A stretch of DNA of 32,000 nucleotides from Synechococcus sp. A15-28 (GTDB lineage Bacteria; Cyanobacteriota; Cyanobacteriia; PCC-6307; Cyanobiaceae), in NCBI RefSeq assembly GCF_014280175.1, contig NZ_CP047931.1:570001-602000 (forward strand). The letters are read 5' to 3'. Below are positions 7,232 to 13,717 of this stretch, piece after piece. A model generated the notes under the pieces. It searched no databases and was not told the origin of the DNA. It saw only the letters and a program-made list of their open reading frames with translations. The stretch's first letter is position 1; each line of letters starts with the position of its first letter. Made by a program: the position numbers and the translations under genes.

Positions 7232-10171
7232 TCAATGATCTTCGCGCATTCGTTCTGTCTCCTCCAGATAATTTTCTATTTGTCCCGCCAACCGACGATT
7301 GCCGCGACGAATGGTTTCTTTCCAGTCTTTAATGTCTACACCATGAGGATTGTCTCGAAGCAAGCTAACCTTGATAAATGGGAAATCATGATTCTCAATG
7401 AGTGATTTCCATTCAGCATGTAGAATATTGCCGTTGGCATTTTTTGAGAAAAGGCTTTCAAGGGTCATCCCATTCTTCTTAAGGAGGATGGAGAGACCTA
7501 CCTCATAGTTTTTGACGATGTTGCGTTTTTCATCCCAGCACATTATTTGCTCCCAAAACTGCCAGAATGCTGGGCAAGCAATAGCACGACTTTTAAACAT
7601 TAGAAACGCAGATTGTAGATGCGGTTCATACATGAGGTTATCCGTTAAACCGATCACATCCGCTTGACTATTGGTAAGGCGATTCACAAGTCCAGTTAGG
7701 GGACGAATCGGACCCCAGAAACTGTCGTTGCTGAGCAATACAGATTGTCTTTGATTGATCAGATCGCGACAAAATCTTAGACCAGTCATCCAGCTCCCAA
7801 AGTCATACCCTTCATTACGTCGAATGATCAGACCATCACAAACATTCCTAAGAGCTGCTAAATCACGAGGGTGTTCCAACAATGATGGTGTCGCAGCAAC
7901 GACTTGAACATAAAAATGACGTCTATACGTTCTTAAGAGATCAAGAATGTCAGAGCGGATTGGTTTGTCGTCATTGGATCCATATTGTGCGAATATAAGC
8001 GGTATGCGTTTGTCATTCTTTCTTAACGGACGCCTCCAGGTCAACAGCACTTCTTCTCGTGCTGGCCTGAGAGGGGCCACTTGTTTCAGGATTGGTTCGT
8101 ATCTAGTCGAATGATGATGAAGGAGGGGGCTGGTTAATGGATCACCTTGTGCATAAATTGTTTTGTGCTTTAGGCGAAGTCGACCAGATTCTCGTTGATG
8201 TCTTGCCCAAGCAAATCCAACTTGATCTTTACCGCGACTAATTGACTCATAGTGAGTGATTGTTGCATGTGGCGTTACAACAATTCTCCCCCCTGCATCC
8301 CTGAGCCTGAGGCAAAGGTCGACATCATTGAAAACAACGGCGAGTTTTTCATCAAATCCACCCACAAAGTCAAACCACTCGGCTTTCACCATCAAGCAGG
8401 CTGCAGAGGCTGCGGAAAACTCCTCTTGTGTTCTGAGTGGCAAAAGGCTAGCAATCACCTCTTGCTCTTTAAGATGCTTACCAGGTTCGAGAACGCAACG
8501 ACGCTCTCCAGGAATAATGACAACTCCTTGATGTTGGATGCTTCCATCGGGATAATTAAGTCTCGAACCGACGGCTACAGTTTTGGGATGTGCAAAGGGA
8601 TCTAGAAGTACATCAAGAATACTTTCGGAGACGAACTCAATATCGTTGTTGAGAAAAAGTAGAAAATCTCCTTTGCACAACTGACGAGCTCTATTGTTTA
8701 GCCGCGAGTAATTGAATTCTTCATCGAGACGTGTGCATTGAATATTGTCTTCCTTGATAGCTTTTTTTATCCATTCTATTGTTGAATTGTCGGCACTCCC
8801 GTTGTCAATTAGAATGATCTCATAATTGCAGCTTTTCCCTGCATTTTGCTGAATTGATTTGACACATGTGCTTGTTAATTCCACTTGATCTCTAAATGGA
8901 ATCAATATGGAAACCAACGATGATTCATCTGTTGGGCGTGACAAGTCATGGCATCCTGCCTGCAAGGGGTTGGGCTTGAGTCCTCCCTCTATTCCAAAAT
9001 ATTGTTTGGCATGCTGACTCTTGATACGATCTATCTCATCTAATTGCTTATCACTAAATGGGCATCGTTCACGGGGCCAGCCTTGTTCAGGCATTGAAGG
9101 ATTCTTAGAACCTTGATGCTTTACAAGTGCCTGATGACAATGGGTAGTCTTGATCGGCTCGCGAGTGATCTGTAGCAGTACATCCAGACGCAATGCTTCA
9201 AGGCAGGTATAACTAGGAGCAAATGAACACTGCTTAAATAGAGAATAATCGAGCGTTAGAAGTCCTCCAATGCCTCCTCGAGTACACAGACGAATGGCTG
9301 ATACTGAGCTTCGGTATTGCCGATGTTCGTATCCAAGTCCATCATTCCAAAGTTGGCGAACAATAATGTCATCGCAGGTCATCACAGTGTTCGTTTTCGC
9401 TTGTTGGAGATGTCCCGCTAAGGCATGTAGGGCTCCATTGGCCAAGATATCGCTGGCATGACAAATGCTGATCCACTCTGCAGAGTAATCTCGTAGCAGA
9501 TTTGGCAAAGAATTCATATTTGCCAAAGAGCATGAAACCACATGCTCCCAACCACCTGTAACAGCTAAAGATTGTGCTCGATGTATTGTTCCATCAATCA
9601 CTAAAAGAAGATACTTTGATGTTAAAACGCCGGGATTTATTGTGGGTAGCTTTGTTGGATGATATCGATCAAGCCCTGTCGCAACAGACTCTTGCCGACG
9701 GAAATGGTCCCACCCCTCAGTTGCGAGATGTTCGAGTAAAGAGATTTTATTAGCGCGGCTAATTTGTCTCTGTGTCTTGTTCAGGCCTGAGTCATAAGCT
9801 CCAATGGGAATGGGCGGTAGATCTCCGTAAAGAGAAAGATGACCATTTAAAATTTGATTAAGTGTCCCACTCATCAGTAACTCATCAATTGATGAGAGGT
9901 GCCGATGTTGAAGAAGTAAGGGGAGTTTTTGAATTCCATCCTCTGAAGGGTTCCATGTTGCTGGCTCCAACAGTAGGGAAATAGGTAAATATCGCGGATT
10001 AAGAAGATGAAAGTCTAAGTAATCATGCAGTCTCGCAAGATCTGTTTTAATTAAATTAAGATCTATACCGATACGCTTGAAGTGTTTGAGCTGCTTTTGT
10101 AAAGAGCTAATAGAGGTTTTTCCATTTCTCCAATCCTGAAAGGATTTTGCCCACCTGTCGTTTGGATTCAT
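7232..10171 (-). CDS. 979-aa multi-domain glycosyltransferase: degenerate GT2-like domain + GT2 domain + RgpF (rhamnan synthesis protein F) domain
   Basis: The GT2 domain spans aa ~419-650 (nt ~8222-8917): VSILIPFRDQVELTSTCVKSI...YEIILIDNGS...FLLFLNNDIEF...AACLMVKAEWFDFVGGFDE. The RgpF-like domain spans aa ~722-945 (nt ~7337-8008): IPLIFAQY...LIIRRNEGYDFGSWMTGL...LLSNDSFWGP. The segment aa ~186-315 (nt ~9227-9616) parallels a GT2 fold but reads CHASD where the paralog has LDHDD. ATG 10171 overlaps the upstream stop (ATGA). The gene is AT-rich. Confidence 0.8.
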   Translation of the reverse strand: MNPNDRWAKSFQDWRNGKTSISSLQKQLKHFKRIGIDLNLIKTDLARLHDYLDFHLLNPRYLPISLLLEPATWNPSEDGIQKLPLLLQHRHLSSIDELLMSGTLNQILNGHLSLYGDLPPIPIGAYDSGLNKTQRQISRANKISLLEHLATEGWDHFRRQESVATGLDRYHPTKLPTINPGVLTSKYLLLVIDGTIHRAQSLAVTGGWEHVVSCSLANMNSLPNLLRDYSAEWISICHASDILANGALHALAGHLQQAKTNTVMTCDDIIVRQLWNDGLGYEHRQYRSSVSAIRLCTRGGIGGLLTLDYSLFKQCSFAPSYTCLEALRLDVLLQITREPIKTTHCHQALVKHQGSKNPSMPEQGWPRERCPFSDKQLDEIDRIKSQHAKQYFGIEGGLKPNPLQAGCHDLSRPTDESSLVSILIPFRDQVELTSTCVKSIQQNAGKSCNYEIILIDNGSADNSTIEWIKKAIKEDNIQCTRLDEEFNYSRLNNRARQLCKGDFLLFLNNDIEFVSESILDVLLDPFAHPKTVAVGSRLNYPDGSIQHQGVVIIPGERRCVLEPGKHLKEQEVIASLLPLRTQEEFSAASAACLMVKAEWFDFVGGFDEKLAVVFNDVDLCLRLRDAGGRIVVTPHATITHYESISRGKDQVGFAWARHQRESGRLRLKHKTIYAQGDPLTSPLLHHHSTRYEPILKQVAPLRPAREEVLLTWRRPLRKNDKRIPLIFAQYGSNDDKPIRSDILDLLRTYRRHFYVQVVAATPSLLEHPRDLAALRNVCDGLIIRRNEGYDFGSWMTGLRFCRDLINQRQSVLLSNDSFWGPIRPLTGLVNRLTNSQADVIGLTDNLMYEPHLQSAFLMFKSRAIACPAFWQFWEQIMCWDEKRNIVKNYEVGLSILLKKNGMTLESLFSKNANGNILHAEWKSLIENHDFPFIKVSLLRDNPHGVDIKDWKETIRRGNRRLAGQIENYLEETERMREDH

Positions 10172-11079
10172 TGGGCTTTCCTGCTGACTAGCCTCAGAAG
10201 TTTTTGCAGGACCATTATGTAAAATTGTCTTTTCTTATCAGAGTTTTTGGTCTCCAATTGTCTACTTGACTGGCGCACATCAATTCCTGATTCTTGACTA
10301 GTTCTTTCATCATTGGCCCATCCAAGATTGTGCTCTTCTATATCTAGCTTGTTAGATAGCGATTGATTCGTCGAGGACTTTCTTAGTTCTTTGATTTCAT
10401 CCAAAAGTAGTGCATTTTTAGTTTTTTGTTTCCTTAATAAATTTTTCAGCCGTTCATTATCCTTCATAAGGCTTTCATAGTCATTTTGGATCTGCGCTAA
10501 TTGATTTACACTATTTCTAACTTCTTCAAAACTTGCTTCTCGGTCAAGGTTGACCTCCCACCAGTCCATCAGCACGAGATCAGTCAATGAGCTTTGAATC
10601 AACCTTTGTATATAGTTGCTGTCTGCTTCCAGACCAAATAAACAGGATTTAAGTTCTAGATTGAGGTAAATATCAATAATTCTTGGTTCTTTTTTCGCAA
10701 TAGCTAGGGTTAGCAAGCTAGAAAGGGGCTTCAAGCTTGGGAAGTTATTACTTTTATCTAGCTGTGGATCCTCACCATTGCATAATCTTCTGATCGATGT
10801 AATGTCGAGCAGATCAAGACGCCAACTTGATGAAATATTTTTATATTTTAACGATAAAAGCGATAACTCTTCGTAATGCACGTGAATTTCATCGCATTTT
10901 GTTGCCGTACTTTCTTCCAGTCTTTTTTGTTCGAGCACTTGATTGGGTGCCGAATAAATTAATAATACATTTTGAGGTTCAATATCAGGATTGGCAGATG
11001 AAAGAGGTTTAAGTCCTGCTTTAGCTAGTTTGTCTTGTAGTGATGCACTAATATTTGATATCGAATACCAGTACTGCAT
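10168..11079 (-). CDS. hypothetical protein with coiled-coil segment (no family recognised)
   Basis: The ORF is open to TTG 11148. The first ATG is at 11079 (MQYWYSISN), giving 303 aa. A heptad-like stretch reads EEVRNSVNQLAQIQNDYESLMKDNERLKNLLRKQKTKNALLLDEIKELRK. Its stop overlaps the start of the 979-aa glycosyltransferase by 4 nt. A sampled line is about 32% GC. Confidence 0.55.
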   Translation of the reverse strand: MQYWYSISNISASLQDKLAKAGLKPLSSANPDIEPQNVLLIYSAPNQVLEQKRLEESTATKCDEIHVHYEELSLLSLKYKNISSSWRLDLLDITSIRRLCNGEDPQLDKSNNFPSLKPLSSLLTLAIAKKEPRIIDIYLNLELKSCLFGLEADSNYIQRLIQSSLTDLVLMDWWEVNLDREASFEEVRNSVNQLAQIQNDYESLMKDNERLKNLLRKQKTKNALLLDEIKELRKSSTNQSLSNKLDIEEHNLGWANDERTSQESGIDVRQSSRQLETKNSDKKRQFYIMVLQKLLRLVSRKAQ

Positions 11080-11105
11080 TTGATTCCTGATTCTTACGCG
11101 CAGTC

Positions 11106-11111
11106 TATAAT
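11106..11111 (+). promoter_or_regulatory. possible -10 element (TATAAT) in the divergent control region between 11079(-) and 11134(+)
   Basis: A perfect TATAAT lies at 11106-11111, 23 nt upstream of ATG 11134. There is no convincing -35: TTGATT at 11080-11085 is 20 nt away. In AT-rich DNA such hexamers arise by chance. Confidence 0.25.
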
Positions 11112-11133
11112 GCAGAACGCTCCTGAAGCTCAC

Positions 11134-12402
11134 ATGGCGTTCAGTCAATGCATGAGTGTATTAGTTGGCTGTCCCGCATCACCAACGCAGCTTCCTGATG
11201 GCCCTTGTTTGATTGTTGATGCTGAGTCAATTGATCAGAAAGATTTAATTGCTCAAAAGTTCTATTGTGCTCACTACCCCGAACCACCTGTCGACAATGT
11301 AGTACTGCTCAACCAGACAGTTATTTCAGAATTCGATCATCAGATTATTGATTGGAATATTTTCTCTGACAGTCGCTTCAATGGTCCTTCAACATTATCA
11401 GAGTTATCTGAACAATATCCAAACCTAAGATTAATTGAAAGCAGGAAGATTGAAGGTATCACCCTTTCTACTGTATTAACACATCAAAAAATTATTTCTG
11501 ATCCACTTTCAACTTTTGAGCTTATTTTGTATGAAGGTGATCCGTTAGTTGCTCTTCAAAGTTTGAAGGAGTGGTTGGCCCGTTGCACTCGTATTTCTTT
11601 GCGTGGTTTAGTCACTAGCTCTAAATCTCGTGAGGCCGCTGAAGCATTTTTGGGGGCATCTGGCTTTTGCAAATCGTCGGTTGATTCTTGTGTATGGACT
11701 CCTGAGCTTGAGATATCGTCACTTCATCTGTCCATAATTAGATGTGGTTTGTTGGCTTTATTTAATGCCGATATCTATCGAGAGCTATTTCCTCAGACGA
11801 AGGAAATGACAGATGTTGAACTGATTGACCACTGGTTATCACAGCCTAGTTTTAGAGAAATTGCCAAGGAGATGGAAAAGAGTATCCATAATCCATTAGA
11901 CAGAGATGGACTTTTGGCACTATTTAATGCCGATATCTATCGAGAGCTATTTCCTCAGACGAAGGAAATGACAGATGCAGAACTTATTGACCACTGGTTA
12001 TCACAGCCTAATTTTAGTGATGTATCTAAATTGATAAATGATGCTATTCAACGTAATCCAAATCAGCTCTCTGAATTGACAGACCAAGATCCCTCACTTC
12101 AGTTGTTGCAGCATATTTTCCCTTTTGAGTTATATCGATCTCAGAGGCCAGATCTCCTACAAATATCCAACAGAGAGTTGATCAATCACTATTGGCAAAA
12201 TGGGCAATATGAGGGGATTGATCTCTCAGAGTCAAATGTCAAAAATATTCTCGATAGAGATCAATCGTTGCAAGTCGACCGACTAACTTCTCGTGTTCAT
12301 GAACTAGAGCATCTTTTATCGTGCGCGAACGCACAGATTAGTGCTATGCAAAAGTTGATTATTGGTTCACGAGATTCTGGAGCCATCAATGAACAAGACT
12401 GA
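11134..12402 (+). CDS. hypothetical protein with internal 54-codon tandem duplication and C-terminal coiled-coil-like segment (no family recognised)
   Basis: The ORF is open from TTG 11080, with in-frame ATGs at 11110, 11134 and 11152. It contains LLALFNADIYRELFPQTKEMTD(V/A)ELIDHWLSQP twice plus a diverged third copy, FPFELYRSQRPDLLQISNRELINHYWQNGQYEG. The C-terminus reads LQVDRLTSRVHELEHLLSCANAQISAMQKLI. The exact start is uncertain. Confidence 0.55.
   Translation: MAFSQCMSVLVGCPASPTQLPDGPCLIVDAESIDQKDLIAQKFYCAHYPEPPVDNVVLLNQTVISEFDHQIIDWNIFSDSRFNGPSTLSELSEQYPNLRLIESRKIEGITLSTVLTHQKIISDPLSTFELILYEGDPLVALQSLKEWLARCTRISLRGLVTSSKSREAAEAFLGASGFCKSSVDSCVWTPELEISSLHLSIIRCGLLALFNADIYRELFPQTKEMTDVELIDHWLSQPSFREIAKEMEKSIHNPLDRDGLLALFNADIYRELFPQTKEMTDAELIDHWLSQPNFSDVSKLINDAIQRNPNQLSELTDQDPSLQLLQHIFPFELYRSQRPDLLQISNRELINHYWQNGQYEGIDLSESNVKNILDRDQSLQVDRLTSRVHELEHLLSCANAQISAMQKLIIGSRDSGAINEQD
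11752..12017 (+). repeat. in-frame direct tandem duplication, two 104-bp copies with 162-bp period
   Basis: Copy 1 is 11752-11855 and copy 2 is 11914-12017. My manual alignment finds 6 mismatches and a 57-bp perfect run (11759-11815 = 11921-11977). The 162-nt period equals 54 codons. Confidence 0.9.
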
Positions 12403-13690
12403 TCAGATACTTGCCTGTCGCGTCTTGGCGGATGATTATTTGTCCGGAAGATGGCAGAAAATTATCAAGCCAGTCTGTTCTTTGAACGATACAGCAACAT
12501 GTGATAATTCTTCCACGCTTAGTGACTTCGTGCGACTTCTTGCCAGTCTAGTTCCTGCAGAAATCCTGAAGGAGGATTGGAAGCCTGCTTTATTGTCACA
12601 TCGCACCTCTTTTACTGAGGCACGTCTTCGCTACTGCGCAACTCATTTACTTTGTGCTTGTAATAATCTTGCGTGCAGAAACGATCAACAATATCGCTAT
12701 AAACTTCACCTCTTTTGCATTAGCTTGGGTAAATTACTAAAATCTGATGATGATTTTATACTCATTGCTGATGTGTTTTCATTCCCCGACTCTCTCGTAT
12801 CACTGAGTCAAAGTATTCGTATATTTTATTCGGCTTACAGTCGTCGTTTGCGTGAGTCATTCCCTCAACAGATGACGGTTGTTTTAGGGATGCATCGTAG
12901 TGGAACCTCTGCTTTAACTGGATTACTTGGTAACTTAGGCATTGCAGGACCTACGGATGCATTAGGTGCCACGGAAAATAATCTGTTGGGCTATTGGGAA
13001 TCTACTTCTTTAGTCACTTCTTCTGATCGTTTTTTGGCTTCTCAAAATAGCCATTGGTCTACTCTTTATCGTTGGTCTCTTGGGTGGTGGAAATCAGCGG
13101 CAGCTCTAGACTGGATCGATTCTTATTGGCATGATTTGCAAAATGCCTATAATACGAAGGAACACTTCGTCTTGAAAGATCCACGCCTTTGTATTTTGAT
13201 CGAGGGTATGACCCCATGCTTAGTTGATTCTCTACTGCAGTTGGATTTTTTGTTGATATTACGCTCTCCTGTTGAGGTTGTTATTTCTTTGTGTAAGGCG
13301 GAAGAAATTTCTCCATACGACGCTCTTAACTTGTGGATCGGATCAGTCTTACGCGCTGAATGTACCTCACGTCCTTATTCACGCAATATTCTCACGTACT
13401 ACCAACTGATGAATAGGCCTCAATCTATTTTGGATTCTTTTGGACTGAACTGGAATCAAAGCTTTATGGAATCGACGCTTGATCAGGCAAAATCCTTTTT
13501 AAGGCCATCATTGTATCGAACCAAGATTGATAACGTAAGGGAACCATTTGTGGCAACAAATCCTGAGTTGACTAGTCTTTTGGAGCTGGCTGAAGAGATC
13601 TTTGATTGTTTTCAACATGCTACCCCAGACATTGCTAGTATCTCAGAGAGATTAAATTATCAGTGGGTTGAAATCTTGGCAGGTCGTTAG
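12389..13690 (+). CDS. sulfotransferase-family protein with ~165-aa N-terminal extension of unknown function
   Basis: A PAPS 5'-phosphosulfate-binding-type loop, VVLGMHRSGTSALTGLL, is encoded from 12887 (GMHRSGTS). Downstream, FVLKDPRLCILIEG...LLILRSPVEVVISL resembles the second PAPS-binding region of bacterial sulfotransferases. ATG 12389 overlaps the upstream stop by 14 nt; the ORF-track start at 12362 is TTG. Confidence 0.65.
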   Translation: MNKTDQILACRVLADDYLSGRWQKIIKPVCSLNDTATCDNSSTLSDFVRLLASLVPAEILKEDWKPALLSHRTSFTEARLRYCATHLLCACNNLACRNDQQYRYKLHLFCISLGKLLKSDDDFILIADVFSFPDSLVSLSQSIRIFYSAYSRRLRESFPQQMTVVLGMHRSGTSALTGLLGNLGIAGPTDALGATENNLLGYWESTSLVTSSDRFLASQNSHWSTLYRWSLGWWKSAAALDWIDSYWHDLQNAYNTKEHFVLKDPRLCILIEGMTPCLVDSLLQLDFLLILRSPVEVVISLCKAEEISPYDALNLWIGSVLRAECTSRPYSRNILTYYQLMNRPQSILDSFGLNWNQSFMESTLDQAKSFLRPSLYRTKIDNVREPFVATNPELTSLLELAEEIFDCFQHATPDIASISERLNYQWVEILAGR

Positions 13691-13717
13691 CAAATGTTTC
13701 CGTAAATGATTTTTAGC

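Noticed and set aside
11752-12017. Possible CRISPR or other non-coding repeat array
   Set aside because: There are only two copies, each 104 bp long. They are in frame within a long ORF, the 58-bp 'spacer' is coding, and there are no cas genes. I interpret it as an intragenic duplication.
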